Shown: positions 41,057 through 51,594 of the stretch, piece by piece
Layout: each line of letters starts with the position of its first letter
Numbering within the stretch: the first letter of the stretch is position 1
Source of the DNA: Candidatus Shapirobacteria bacterium
GTDB taxonomy: Bacteria; Patescibacteriota; Microgenomatia; UBA12405
Direction: 5' to 3'
Assembly (NCBI GenBank): GCA_041659325.1
Contig: JBAZYN010000001.1
Span: forward strand, 366,819-430,818
Length of the DNA stretch: 64,000 bases
The notes under the pieces: generated by a model
Databases searched by the model: none
The model's input: the letters and a program-made list of their open reading frames with translations, nothing else
Told to the model about the DNA's origin: nothing
Made by a program: the position numbers and the translations under genes

Positions 41057-41368
41057 ATGTCTCTAAAAATAACCCACAAAGACAGTACCTTTTTAGTAGG
41101 GGACACCGTAAAAGTCAACTACAAAATTAAAGAAAAAGACAAGGAAAGAATACAAGCTTTCGACGGAATAATCATTGCGATAAAGGGAATTGGCGACAAC
41201 AAAAATTTTTTAGTCAGAAAATCCGCGGCAGACGGAATATTCATAGAAAGAATTTTTCCAACAAATTCTCCCTGGATAGAGAGCATCAAAAAACTTAGGG
41301 GCCCAAAGACCACCATTAGAAGGTCAAAGTTATACTACCTCCGTAGTCCAAAAGCTAGAAAAATCTAG
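41057..41368 (+). CDS. rplS: 50S ribosomal protein L19
   Basis: GDTVKV..ERIQAFDG, RRSKLYYLR. Confidence 0.95.
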   Translation: MSLKITHKDSTFLVGDTVKVNYKIKEKDKERIQAFDGIIIAIKGIGDNKNFLVRKSAADGIFIERIFPTNSPWIESIKKLRGPKTTIRRSKLYYLRSPKARKI

Positions 41369-41382
41369 TTCCTTTTTTAAAA

Positions 41383-41458
41383 GGGTCCTTAGCTCAGTCG
41401 GTAGAGCAGTTGCCTTTTAAGCAATTGGTCGCGGGTTCGAGTCCCGCAGGGCCCACCA
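41383..41458 (+). tRNA. tRNA-Lys(TTT)
   Basis: gttgc-ctTTTaa-gcaat; encoded CCA. Confidence 0.95.
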
Positions 41459-41460
41459 AC

Positions 41461-42078
41461 ATGTCGCTCTATGGTCTAATTTTAGGAATAAGTTTTCTTG
41501 TTGGTATAAACTTTTTCTCCAAACACAATACTTCCGTCCCCAAAGACAAACTCAACCTTTTTATTGTTGGAGCCATAGCCTCTGCTATTATCGGAGCCAG
41601 GCTTTATCATGTTGTTGACCAGTGGAGTTATTACTCCAACAACCTTTGGCAAATACTTGCCACATGGAACGGGGGATTAGGAATCTTTGGTGGCATAATT
41701 GGTACAATAATATTCATCCTTCTATTTTCATTCTTATCCAAAATCTCTTTTTTGTCGATTACAGATTCCATATCCCCAGTCATCCCCCTGTGTCAGTCCA
41801 TTGGTAGGCTTGGAAACTTCGTAAACAATGAAATTCCTTCATGGTGGATAGAATCCTGTCTCAGCTTGGTTTTATTTTTCATTTTAAAAAAATCGAAAAC
41901 TCCGACTGCTCACTATCTAATTGGTTATGGATTAATCCGTTTTCTCTTAGAATTTATCCGCACCGACACCTGGCAAATATCCTCTCTCAAAATAGGCCAG
42001 ATGATCTCTGTCTTGTTTTTTCTTTCAGGCATCGCTATTATTTCAAAAAACACCAACTCCCGACACAAACAGTATTAA
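41461..42078 (+). CDS. lgt: Prolipoprotein diacylglyceryl transferase
   Basis: IGARLYHV, WNGGLGIFGG, QSIGRLGNF, RFLLEFIR; true start 2 nt after tRNA-Lys. Confidence 0.88.
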   Translation: MSLYGLILGISFLVGINFFSKHNTSVPKDKLNLFIVGAIASAIIGARLYHVVDQWSYYSNNLWQILATWNGGLGIFGGIIGTIIFILLFSFLSKISFLSITDSISPVIPLCQSIGRLGNFVNNEIPSWWIESCLSLVLFFILKKSKTPTAHYLIGYGLIRFLLEFIRTDTWQISSLKIGQMISVLFFLSGIAIISKNTNSRHKQY

Positions 42079-42333
42079 TTCCCATGGCGGGTCCACCCAT
42101 CTCTCCAACCATCTTTTTAATCATACTACCGTCAAAACATTCTGCTCCGAACATCCATTTGATAAGCATTGGAAGCCCCTGAACCAGAAAACTCAGGCAA
42201 CCAATCTTATCAGGATTACTTCTTTGACTACAAACCAAACTCTGTAGGAAACTCTCTAAATATTGTCAATGCCACTGAAAAATCAATCGCATTAGACATC
42301 AAACATTTCAATATTTAATGCTAAAATCTAGCC

Positions 42334-43344
42334 ATGGATCAATTAAACCCCAGACCGCGGGTTCTCACTGGCGACCGTCCAACAGGTCCGCTTCATTTGG
42401 GTCATTATGTCGGTACCCTTAAAAACCGCGTCGCGTTGCAAAATAAATACGATTGTTTTTTTATAATCGCCGATTTGCACACCCTAACAACAGCCTCCAC
42501 CAAAGATAAAACTTCAACCATCAACGAAAGGGCCAAGGGGTTGGTTCTCGACTATTTATCGGTTGGAATCGATCCTCAAAAAAGCATTATCTATCAACAG
42601 TCCCGAATTCCCGAAGTAGCTTACCTATCACTAATTTTTTCAAATCTAATCACCGTTCCCCGCGCCCAACGAGTCCCCACCCTAAAAGATGTAATGCACG
42701 ATCTCCGTATCGAGCAACCTTCTCTAGGGCTTTTAAATTACCCCGTGCTTCAAGCTGCAGACATTCTTATGTGCAAAGCCAATCTGGTGCCCGTTGGCAA
42801 AGATCAGGAGTCCCATATCGAAATCGCCCGCGAAGTTGCCCGTGACTTCAACCGTCTTTTTGGCGAAATATTCCCCGTTCCCAAAGCGTTAATAGGCAAT
42901 ATCGGCACCCTTGTCGGTACCGACGGCCAAGCCAAAATGAGCAAGAGTGTCGGCAATTGTATCTATCTTTCCGACGACGAAGACACGGTTATCAAAAAGG
43001 TCAAGGCCATGTATACCGATCCCACACGTATAAAACCCACCGATCCCGGTCATGTTGAAAGTAATCCAGTCTTTATCTATCACGATGCCTTTAACGATAA
43101 CAAAGAAGAAGTTCAAGATCTTAAAGATAGATATACAAAAGGGCAAGTTGGCGATGTCGAGGTAAAAACAAAATTAGCCCTAGCTATAAACAAATTTCTA
43201 ACCCCCATCCGTGCTAAACGCTCTGAGTTTGAAGGCAATGATAGTCTGATTATTCAAATTATCGATGAGGGGAGTAAAAAAGCCCATGTCGAGGCGCAAA
43301 AAACCCTCAATGAAGTCCTGTCTGCCATGGGCATGAAAGACTAG
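42334..43344 (+). CDS. trpS: Tryptophan--tRNA ligase
   Basis: [26 protein letters not shown]. Confidence 0.96.
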   Translation: MDQLNPRPRVLTGDRPTGPLHLGHYVGTLKNRVALQNKYDCFFIIADLHTLTTASTKDKTSTINERAKGLVLDYLSVGIDPQKSIIYQQSRIPEVAYLSLIFSNLITVPRAQRVPTLKDVMHDLRIEQPSLGLLNYPVLQAADILMCKANLVPVGKDQESHIEIAREVARDFNRLFGEIFPVPKALIGNIGTLVGTDGQAKMSKSVGNCIYLSDDEDTVIKKVKAMYTDPTRIKPTDPGHVESNPVFIYHDAFNDNKEEVQDLKDRYTKGQVGDVEVKTKLALAINKFLTPIRAKRSEFEGNDSLIIQIIDEGSKKAHVEAQKTLNEVLSAMGMKD

Positions 43345-43452
43345 AAAGACAATCAGGCAGAGACATTTACAACATATTTATAAGATCGCAGATTTGAAGG
43401 CAAACACCTATTCGATTCATTAATCTCAAAACTTACGACAAACTAGTTGAAA

Positions 43453-44112
43453 TCAGCCTTGTCTCGAACATAAATTTCTCCTGCTTTTGTATCTCTCCAA
43501 GTTTTCACTTGGAATTCTATCTGAAACTCCGGCCTCTTCAGCCTTTCGAAAAGTCCAATCGTCTAAAGTATCTTTTAACGCTCGCATGAAGGTATCATAG
43601 TCGAAAGGAGTGTCTTGTTTTTCTACAAAAGTATAGCGATAGTCACCTTCATCCCAAGTCTTTATATCAGCAATATCGTGCTGAAGCAAACATTCTAACT
43701 TATCTAAGGCATAAGCAAACTTCGCTTCAAGTGTTTGTTTTGCCTCAAACTCTTCCCAAAGAGCAATAATTTCTGAAGATGTTTCTGGACTAAGATTTTT
43801 AACTATTTCCCTTATCCCCTCAGATTCAGTTATTGGCTTAGCATCCTGTCTTTGGGAAATTTCGTGCGAAGGAATATCCCCCACAATTGCTTCTCCCAAA
43901 TCGTGAATAATAAGCATTTTTAAGACCCTCAGCTTATCAACTTTCTTTTTGACCTTGTCCATCAAGGTCAAAGCTACCAACAGGGTCATCCAGATATGCT
44001 CAGCAACACTTTCTCTGCGATCTGAATTACTGGTCCAACTATGACGAAGTTCTGTTTTAAGTTTCTCGGCAAGTTTATAAAACTCGAAAAATTTCTTTAT
44101 TTCTCCCTGCAT
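43453..44112 (-). CDS. HD-domain phosphohydrolase (YfbR/HDDC2-like)
   Basis: ESVAEH, IHDLGE..GDIP, DKLE. Confidence 0.85.
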   Translation of the reverse strand: MQGEIKKFFEFYKLAEKLKTELRHSWTSNSDRRESVAEHIWMTLLVALTLMDKVKKKVDKLRVLKMLIIHDLGEAIVGDIPSHEISQRQDAKPITESEGIREIVKNLSPETSSEIIALWEEFEAKQTLEAKFAYALDKLECLLQHDIADIKTWDEGDYRYTFVEKQDTPFDYDTFMRALKDTLDDWTFRKAEEAGVSDRIPSENLERYKSRRNLCSRQG

Positions 44113-44205
44113 TGATAAAATTCTAACACAAGAAAAGCGAAGTTAAGACTTTATTCACAATTCAGTAGAAATAGTGGCTGTATATTAAAACATCTTACAA
44201 TTTTG

Positions 44206-44279
44206 TGACTCCAGGGGGAGTCGAACCCCCGATTACCTGGATGAAAGCCAGGTGTCCTAGGCCACTAGACGATGGAGCC
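44206..44279 (-). tRNA. tRNA-Glu(TTC)
   Basis: cctgg-ctTTCat-ccagg; ggttcgact T arm. Confidence 0.93.
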
Positions 44280-44351
44280 AAAAACAAACAGTCTATTTTA
44301 CCAAATAAATCAAAATTCCTCTACACAAGATGTTTGCCTTATACTTCAACC

Positions 44352-44972
44352 ATGCAATATCTTTTCCATGGCGACGATTACGGCACCAGCCGAATGGAGT
44401 TTAATCAGCATCTCGATAATTGCCAAAAAACAGAAATTCTTCGCATTGACAATAAACAAATTGACCTTGACAAAATCAATAATTTCATCAATGGCGCGTC
44501 CCTCTTTGGTGATCAAAAAATCCTCGCCATCTCTAATTTTTTTTCCATCTCCAAGCCGATTCTCGATAAACTGATACCCATGATTAGCCAAAGTGCTATC
44601 GATATTGTTATCTGGCAAGACAAAGTTCTTACCCAAGTTCAACTAAAAACCTTTCCCAAAGCAACCGTCTTTTCTTCAAAGCTCAACAATACGCTTTTCC
44701 AATGCCTAAATACAATCAAACCCAACAATCTTAAGAATTTTCTGACCTCATACGAAAAAGTCGACAAAGCCAGTATGTATGATTTATTTCTATATTTACT
44801 AAAAAATAACCTCAGAAAGCAGCTTATAGGGCCATCAAGCTTTAACCCCCGCATTCTAAAAACAACCTATCTTCAGCTAATTGAGCTCGATTACCAAAAC
44901 AAATCCGGTCAACTCACAATTCCAAAAGAAATCGCTCTGGTCAGAATCATAATAAACCTGATAAAGAATTAA
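44352..44972 (+). CDS. DNA polymerase III delta (HolA)-like, short
   Basis: YLFHGDD, SLFG, ELDYQNKSG; TATACT 6 nt upstream of ATG. Confidence 0.6.
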   Translation: MQYLFHGDDYGTSRMEFNQHLDNCQKTEILRIDNKQIDLDKINNFINGASLFGDQKILAISNFFSISKPILDKLIPMISQSAIDIVIWQDKVLTQVQLKTFPKATVFSSKLNNTLFQCLNTIKPNNLKNFLTSYEKVDKASMYDLFLYLLKNNLRKQLIGPSSFNPRILKTTYLQLIELDYQNKSGQLTIPKEIALVRIIINLIKN

Positions 44973-45001
44973 TAGCCATAATTCTGTTATCATTTTTATA
45001 G

Positions 45002-45370
45002 ATGTCCAAAATTGTCAGTAAACCATGGGGGAGAGAAATAATTCTCTCCGAAAGCAATCTGCCTTATACCGCCAAAATTCTTCAAATTTCCGGCGGCAAA
45101 AGGCTTTCACTTCAGTATCACGATCAGAAAACAGAAACCCTTGTTCTAGTCTCCGGAAAAGCCATATTATTACGTGGTCCCACCCAAAACAAACTGGAAA
45201 AAACCGAAATGACCCCCGATCAGGGCTATACCATTCAAAATATGGAGGTCCATCGCATCGAAGCTATAAGCGACTGTCGAATTTTTGAAGCGTCCACCCC
45301 GGAAATCGGCATTACCTACAGACTCGAAGATGATACCAACAGAACCAATGAAACATTAAATCATTTATAA
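45002..45370 (+). CDS. Cupin (mannose-6-P isomerase type II-like)
   Basis: KPWG, LSLQYHDQKTE, HRI, EASTPE. Confidence 0.8.
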   Translation: MSKIVSKPWGREIILSESNLPYTAKILQISGGKRLSLQYHDQKTETLVLVSGKAILLRGPTQNKLEKTEMTPDQGYTIQNMEVHRIEAISDCRIFEASTPEIGITYRLEDDTNRTNETLNHL

Positions 45371-45374
45371 AAAT

Positions 45375-47651
45375 ATGGAAACCCCAAACATCCTCTGGTT
45401 TAAAGAAATTACCAAAGACAGCATCCCCCAGGCCGGTGGCAAAGGTGCAAACTTAGGCGAAATGTATGGTCTCGACATTCCGGTGCCCAACGGATTCGTT
45501 GTCACCTCCGATGCCTATTTCCGATTTATAAAAGAAAACAAGCTTGATATCCAAATAAAAAATGCCCTCTCGGGAATCGATGTCGACGACCCAAACCAAC
45601 TCCTGTCCGCCTCGAAAAAAGCAAAATCAATCATAAAAAAAGGGAAGATAAGCCAGGCTCTTTCTATCGAAATCATGAAAGCCTACAAAAGACTTTCCGA
45701 CTATGGCGGCCTAAAAAACAGCCCGGTGGCGGTCAGGTCATCCGCCACGGCCGAAGACTTGCCCGACGCTTCTTTTGCCGGTCAACAGGAAACATTTCTC
45801 CATGTTGGCGGGGAAACAAACGTACTAAATCGTGTTCAGGACTGTTGGGCCAGTCTCTTTACTCCCAGGGCAATTTTTTACCGCGAAAAAAAGAAATTTG
45901 ACCACTTTCAAGTCGGCATTGCCGTCCCGGTGCAAAAGCAGATAAACTCAGAAATCTCGGGCATCGCCTTCACCATGAATCCGGTAACAAACGACAAAAC
46001 CCAAATTATTGTCGAAACTATCTGGGGGCTTGGAGAATACATTGTTCAGGGAAAAGTCACCCCCGATCAGGTGGTAATAAACAAACACGATTGGAAAATA
46101 CTATCCAAAAGTCACGTCAGCCAAGATACCCAACTCGTCGAATCTTCCGAAGAAACCAAAGAAACTCCCGTACCCAAAAGCAAGCAGGACAAAATCAAAA
46201 TAACCGATGATATGGCCCTCAAAATTGCCAAAATTTGTCAAAAGCTCCACAACCACTACGGCAAACCGCAGGATATCGAATTCGCCATAGAAAAAAATAA
46301 AATTTACATAGTTCAGACAAGGCCAATAACTACCTTCGTCGCCACCCAAAAAGAAATTGACAAGCAGGAATCCATCAAACAAAAGCCCGATCTCGTTGGG
46401 GATTCGGCCAGTCCCGGTCTAGCCTCAGGGGTTGTTGTCATAATCAAAAGCCCCAAAGAAATAGACCGAGTTACCAAAGGCCACATTTTGGTTACCTCCA
46501 TGACTTCTCCCGATTACGTTCCCGCCATGAAAAAAGTCAATGGAATAATAACCGACAAGGGTGGCCAAACCTCTCATGCCGCCATTGTTAGCCGGGAGCT
46601 CGGAGTTCCTTGTGTCGTTGGCACCAAAACCGCTACCAAAGATCTAAAAGAGGGTGATGTCGTTACCCTAAACGGTGCTACCGGCGAAGTCTGGAAGGGA
46701 AATTTAGTCACTGCGTCAAATGTTGTCATTACAACTCAACCGTCAGTAAACGGCAAGCCCCGAAAAACTGCCACCAAACTTTTTCTAAATCTGGGCGAGC
46801 CTGAATTAGCAAAAGTCATGTCCCAAAAAAACGTCGACGGTGTCGGTCTACTTCGGGCCGAATTTATGATTGCCAATATCGGCATTCATCCCAAAAAAAT
46901 GATCGCCGAAAACAAACAAAAAGAATACATCGACCAATTGGCAAAAGGGCTACTAGAGTTCTGCAAAAACTTTTCCCCGAGACCTATTATCTATCGGGCC
47001 ACCGATTTCAAAACCAACGAATACCGATTCCTAAAATGGGGAAAACTATACGAGCCTGAAGAGCCAAATCCGCTTTTGGGTTTCCGCGGTGCCGTCAGAT
47101 ATATCAACTCTAGTGACGTTTTTAATATGGAACTAGAGGCAATAAAATTAGTCAGAAACAAATACGGCTACAAAAACATTTGGCTCATGATTCCTTTTGT
47201 CCGTACTCCCCACGAGCTTGAAGAGGTAAAAAAAATCGTTACTGCCGCCGGGCTAATCAGATCTCCCTCATTTAAACTCTACATGATGGTCGAAATCCCT
47301 AGCAATGTCATCCTTCTGGACAAATTTATCGATGTCGGAATCGACGGAATATCAATCGGAAGCAATGATTTAACCATGCTCACCCTTGGCCTGGACCGGG
47401 ACAATCAGGAAGTCGCCAAAAACTTCAACGAAATGGACCCGGCCGTAATCTGGTCCCTCAAAAGAGCCGTCACCAAAGCCAGAAAAAGAGGAATCAATGC
47501 TTCTATCTGCGGCCAAGCCCCCAGTAATTACCCGGAATTAGTCGAAAAATTAGTCAAATGGGGAATTACTAGTATCTCCGTTAGCCCCGATGTTGTAGAG
47601 TCCACCCGAGATATTATCGCTTGGGCCGAGAAACGAAAAATAGAAAAATAA
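45375..47651 (+). CDS. ppsA: Phosphoenolpyruvate synthase
   Basis: GGKGANLGE, RSSATAEDLPDASFAGQQET, TSHAAIVSRELG, GSNDL. Confidence 0.95.
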   Translation: METPNILWFKEITKDSIPQAGGKGANLGEMYGLDIPVPNGFVVTSDAYFRFIKENKLDIQIKNALSGIDVDDPNQLLSASKKAKSIIKKGKISQALSIEIMKAYKRLSDYGGLKNSPVAVRSSATAEDLPDASFAGQQETFLHVGGETNVLNRVQDCWASLFTPRAIFYREKKKFDHFQVGIAVPVQKQINSEISGIAFTMNPVTNDKTQIIVETIWGLGEYIVQGKVTPDQVVINKHDWKILSKSHVSQDTQLVESSEETKETPVPKSKQDKIKITDDMALKIAKICQKLHNHYGKPQDIEFAIEKNKIYIVQTRPITTFVATQKEIDKQESIKQKPDLVGDSASPGLASGVVVIIKSPKEIDRVTKGHILVTSMTSPDYVPAMKKVNGIITDKGGQTSHAAIVSRELGVPCVVGTKTATKDLKEGDVVTLNGATGEVWKGNLVTASNVVITTQPSVNGKPRKTATKLFLNLGEPELAKVMSQKNVDGVGLLRAEFMIANIGIHPKKMIAENKQKEYIDQLAKGLLEFCKNFSPRPIIYRATDFKTNEYRFLKWGKLYEPEEPNPLLGFRGAVRYINSSDVFNMELEAIKLVRNKYGYKNIWLMIPFVRTPHELEEVKKIVTAAGLIRSPSFKLYMMVEIPSNVILLDKFIDVGIDGISIGSNDLTMLTLGLDRDNQEVAKNFNEMDPAVIWSLKRAVTKARKRGINASICGQAPSNYPELVEKLVKWGITSISVSPDVVESTRDIIAWAEKRKIEK

Positions 47652-48293
47652 TTACCCAAAAACAACCACCATCTCACCCTTCAATAGGCCGATTTTCCCG
47701 GGATTGATTACTTCCTCAAAATTTTTGGTCATCTCACGGCAAATCCTCATCTGAATTTTGTCCCCATATACCTCTCGTATTTCAGCCACTAATTTTTCCA
47801 CCCTAAAAGGAGACTCATATACAATTTTTACACCATCTACAGTCAAATATTCTTTCAAAACTTTAATTCTATCCCCTGATTTTTTGGGTAAAAAGCCCAA
47901 AAAACAAAATCTTCCCGCCGGTAAACCCGCCAACACCAAGGCATTAATAGCGGCACTTGGCCCGGGTATCGACGTATATTTTATACCCATCTCCTGGCAT
48001 TTTTTAACTAATTTCCATCCGGGGTCAGAGACAATCGGTGTCCCGGCATCGGTTACCAGTCCGACTTTCGACCCTACCCGCAATAGTTCTATTATTTGGG
48101 GGATCTTTTGTTCCTCAACTTCATCATAAAAAGAAATCATTTTCGGGTTATTTCTAATACCCAAGTTTTTAAGAAGCATCCCCGTATGCCGTGTATCTTC
48201 ACACAAAAGATAGTCCACCACTTCCAATGTTTCCACCGCCCGCAGGGTAACATCCTTAAGATTCCCAATCGGTGTGGCAATTATATACAACAT
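47652..48293 (-). CDS. rsmI: 16S rRNA C1402 2'-O-methyltransferase
   Basis: ATPIGNL, CEDTR, DAGTP.SDPG, YESP, REMTK. Confidence 0.95.
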   Translation of the reverse strand: MLYIIATPIGNLKDVTLRAVETLEVVDYLLCEDTRHTGMLLKNLGIRNNPKMISFYDEVEEQKIPQIIELLRVGSKVGLVTDAGTPIVSDPGWKLVKKCQEMGIKYTSIPGPSAAINALVLAGLPAGRFCFLGFLPKKSGDRIKVLKEYLTVDGVKIVYESPFRVEKLVAEIREVYGDKIQMRICREMTKNFEEVINPGKIGLLKGEMVVVFG

Positions 48294-48749
48294 TTATATT
48301 TCTTTTAAATCAAAATTTTTAACTGTTTTTTTGTCGGCGTTAAAATGAAAAACCGCTTTAATACTGGTACCCCTCAAAACCACCGGCAACCAGTGTTTAT
48401 CTGTCTGCCACATCATTTCGTATGGTATTTTTTCAATATCAAACCACTCTGGCGCCATTTCTTCGCTTTCGCTTGGTTCTCCCTGCCACTGATAACACAA
48501 AAACAAATAAACAAAAACTTCAAAATCATCTTCAAAAACAAATAAAACTTCCCCTCTGGATTCTAGCTGCCCCAAATCAACTCCAAGTTCCTCTTTGGCC
48601 TCTCTCCTTGCCGCCTCAACTACAGTCTCGCCTTCCTGGATTTTCCCTCCGGTTCCATTCCACAAACCCACACCCAAACCTCTCTTCTTCATGGCCAAGC
48701 AAATTTTGTTTTCTTTTATCAAAAAACAATTGGTTACTACTTTTCGCAT
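48294..48749 (-). CDS. Nudix hydrolase, MutT/MTH1-like
   Basis: KKRGLGVGLWNGTGGK..ETVVEAARREAKEELG; ESEEM.P.WF; MW..D..W. Confidence 0.85.
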   Translation of the reverse strand: MRKVVTNCFLIKENKICLAMKKRGLGVGLWNGTGGKIQEGETVVEAARREAKEELGVDLGQLESRGEVLFVFEDDFEVFVYLFLCYQWQGEPSESEEMAPEWFDIEKIPYEMMWQTDKHWLPVVLRGTSIKAVFHFNADKKTVKNFDLKEI

Positions 48750-48768
48750 TTTTAATTAAAATTATCAA

Positions 48769-49107
48769 TTATTTTATCTCAAACTCTTCCCAAAACGAAT
48801 CAACCACATAAGTTTTTATCCCAATCGTCATTTTTTGTCCACCCAAATTCGAATCCATTATAACCTTTTTAATTCCCAGAGCCCAATCCTTTAGTAAATC
48901 CAAATTTTTTCTGGAGGTCTCACCTCTTATCAACACATCCCTTTTCCCCTCATAAAGCTGATACTCTTCAAAATCAACAATAATTTCGTCTACACCTTTA
49001 TGAAACAATTCCGCCGTAAGCCCCGCCACACCAGTCTTTAGATGCAAATAATTTTCACTCATTAAATTAGCCAGACTCTTTTTATACTTAAATGTAATTG
49101 ACGACAT
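48769..49107 (-). CDS. Hypothetical protein in the lexA operon
   Basis: 112-aa ORF starting 2 nt after the lexA stop. Confidence 0.6.
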   Translation of the reverse strand: MSSITFKYKKSLANLMSENYLHLKTGVAGLTAELFHKGVDEIIVDFEEYQLYEGKRDVLIRGETSRKNLDLLKDWALGIKKVIMDSNLGGQKMTIGIKTYVVDSFWEEFEIK

Positions 49108-49109
49108 AA

Positions 49110-49736
49110 TTAATTAAATTGTCTAATAACCGCTACTACTTTCCCCCTGATCTCCACTTCTGTCACAAAAATAGGGGACATGGTTGAATTTGCCGGTTGA
49201 AGCCTGATTCTATTGGCCTCGCGATAAAACCTCTTCAAGGTGGCAAACCCATTTCTCAAAACCGCCACCACAATATCACCGTTGTTTGCCTCCTTCTGCT
49301 CACGTACCACCACATAATCACCGCTCAAAATCCCATCATCAATCATCGAGTCACCCTTTGCCTGCAACACATATGATCTTTCCCCGGGCCGTACCAGTCC
49401 GGAATTCACCATTAGCGTTGCATTTGGGTCAGTATACGGTTCAATGGGCGCTCCACAGGCAATATATCCCAAAACCGGTAGCTCAAAAAAATTCCTTTCT
49501 ATCTTAGCCTGACCCGCCTCGGTTCCGGTCACCTCAATCCCTCTCACCGCCCCCTTGTATCGCCTGATCAACCCCTTCTTTTCCAACACAGCCAAATGCT
49601 CGTGAACGGTAGCCAAAGAAGATAAACCCAAATATTGGGCAATCTCCGTCAATGTCGGTGCATAGCCAAATTTGTCAATATTCTTATTAATATAATCTAA
49701 AATTTGTTTTTGCCTTCTGTATATTACCGTTGCCAT
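49110..49736 (-). CDS. lexA: LexA repressor
   Basis: PTLTEIA..HL..LEKKG wHTH; ACG cleavage site, GDSM (Ser), ATLKR (Lys); start ATG 49736. Confidence 0.95.
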   Translation of the reverse strand: MATVIYRRQKQILDYINKNIDKFGYAPTLTEIAQYLGLSSLATVHEHLAVLEKKGLIRRYKGAVRGIEVTGTEAGQAKIERNFFELPVLGYIACGAPIEPYTDPNATLMVNSGLVRPGERSYVLQAKGDSMIDDGILSGDYVVVREQKEANNGDIVVAVLRNGFATLKRFYREANRIRLQPANSTMSPIFVTEVEIRGKVVAVIRQFN

Positions 49737-49750
49737 ATTCAAGATATTAC

Positions 49751-49766
49751 GCGAATAATACCCGAA
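49751..49766 (-). promoter_or_regulatory. Putative LexA operator TTCGG-N6-TTCGC in the lexA promoter
   Basis: Minus strand reads TTGACT-tcgggtattattcgcg-TAATAT-7 nt-ATG; the direct repeat overlaps the -35 and fills the spacer. Confidence 0.6.
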
Positions 49767-49815
49767 GTCAACTACCAAAACAAAACTGACTAAATGTTAT
49801 ATTTAAACATACATT

Positions 49816-51594
49816 ATGTTTGCCATTATTTTTCTCGCACTACTTATAGCCTTTCCATCCCCATCTTTCGCCGCCGGTGAGTTTAAATCAGTTCAGGAAA
49901 TAGTTTACAATGTCGATCAAGCCGGAAATGCCCTGGTTCAGGAAAAAATTACCCTGACAAACAATTTGTCCCAAATCTACATAAAAAAATATACTATAGA
50001 AATCAATGGATCCGATATAAAAAACATAGTTGGAAACGATGAATACGGAAATATTGTAATCACCTCCGAAACAAAAGGCGACAAAACCACTATCAATCTG
50101 GAATTAAACCAACCAGCGGTAGGAAAAGACAAGACAAACACCTTCAACCTTTCTTATTCCATGGGCAAATTTGCCATCCACAAAGGGAGTATCTGGGAAA
50201 TAAATATTCCCGAATACAATACTTTATCTGAAAACGATACCACCAGTGTCACCGTCAATACTCCCACCTCTTTCGGTAAATTATCATTTTCCTCCGTTGC
50301 GGCAAAAACCCTCCTCGCCTCCAACAACCAGAATCAAATCCAACTTTCCCCAAACCAGGCGGCCAACAAAAAAATCCTCCTGACCTTCGGTAATTTTCAA
50401 CTCTTCAACTTCGAATTAAAATATTTCCTCAACAATCCCTCCTCAGATACAATCAACACCGAAATTGCCATTCCGCCTACCACCGAAAGCCAATCAGTAA
50501 TATTTTCCGGCCTCACCCCCAGCCCAAACAATGTCTTGATAGACGCCGACGGAAACTGGTTGGCTCAATATCAGCTGTCTCCAAACCAAGAGATATCCGT
50601 TATCGCTTCCGGCCAGGTCAAAATTTCACCGCCATCCCCGCAGCAGGTAGATATAAACACCGAAATCTACACAAAACCCGAGTCCTTCTGGCCAACCGAC
50701 GATCCTACCATAGCAAGTATTGCCGAAAAACTAAAAACACCCAAAGATATCCACAAATATGTTGTCTTCGCCCTGTCTTATGACTACAAGAGAATCGACT
50801 CATCCGGCCGCAAAGGCGCCCTCGAAGCAATCCGTACCCCCGGTGAATCCTTGTGTACGGAATTTACCGACCTATTTGTTACTTTAGCCAGAGCCAAAAA
50901 AATCCCCGCCCGGGAAATCGAGGGCTTCGCCTACACCAACAATCCCAAAATAAAACCGACCAACACCAACGCCGACATTCTCCACGCCTGGCCGCAGTAT
51001 TGGGACAAATCAAAAAAGCTATGGGTTTCCATCGATCCCACCTGGGAAAAAACCACCAACGGAATTGATTATTTCACCAACCTCGATCTAAACCATTTTA
51101 CCTTTGTCATTCACGGATTAGACAGTCAATATCCGCCCCCACCCGGTTCCTACAAAGACAACAAAAATATAAAGACGGTTGATGTCTCTTTTGCCACCGA
51201 GGAGCTAGAGGAAAGTTTCTCTCCCCCCCAAGTTACCGCCTCCAAATACACTCCCCTCACTAATCCCCAAGTTGATATAAAAAATATAAACCCAAATCAA
51301 ATAGGGCAAATCGCCGTCTCCATTACCAATTCAAATTGGACCAAGACGATAAGCACTCTCCCTCCGTTTGGGAAATTAACCATCGACATTCCCAAAATGC
51401 CATTCTTAGTCTCCCTTCTGCCGATTAATCAAAAAACAAAAATTATGGTCTCATCAGACAAAATAGCCCCGACCGAATATCAAATTGTCTATCCTCCCCA
51501 CTTCCTAAATTTGGGGATTACTATCGGTATTCTTATGCTTACACTGGCTATTGGAGGTATAATAGTGACTGGTACAAAAAAACCAAAAATATGA
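49816..51594 (+). CDS. Exported transglutaminase-like protein
   Basis: Signal peptide; LCTEFTDLF, LHAWPQY, IDPTW triad; C-terminal TM. Confidence 0.85.
   Translation: MFAIIFLALLIAFPSPSFAAGEFKSVQEIVYNVDQAGNALVQEKITLTNNLSQIYIKKYTIEINGSDIKNIVGNDEYGNIVITSETKGDKTTINLELNQPAVGKDKTNTFNLSYSMGKFAIHKGSIWEINIPEYNTLSENDTTSVTVNTPTSFGKLSFSSVAAKTLLASNNQNQIQLSPNQAANKKILLTFGNFQLFNFELKYFLNNPSSDTINTEIAIPPTTESQSVIFSGLTPSPNNVLIDADGNWLAQYQLSPNQEISVIASGQVKISPPSPQQVDINTEIYTKPESFWPTDDPTIASIAEKLKTPKDIHKYVVFALSYDYKRIDSSGRKGALEAIRTPGESLCTEFTDLFVTLARAKKIPAREIEGFAYTNNPKIKPTNTNADILHAWPQYWDKSKKLWVSIDPTWEKTTNGIDYFTNLDLNHFTFVIHGLDSQYPPPPGSYKDNKNIKTVDVSFATEELEESFSPPQVTASKYTPLTNPQVDIKNINPNQIGQIAVSITNSNWTKTISTLPPFGKLTIDIPKMPFLVSLLPINQKTKIMVSSDKIAPTEYQIVYPPHFLNLGITIGILMLTLAIGGIIVTGTKKPKI

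Noticed and set aside
42038-42299. Minus-strand 66-aa ORF between lgt and trpS
   Set aside because: It has a weak start, overlaps lgt and shows no family signal; it may be a remnant but this cannot be supported.
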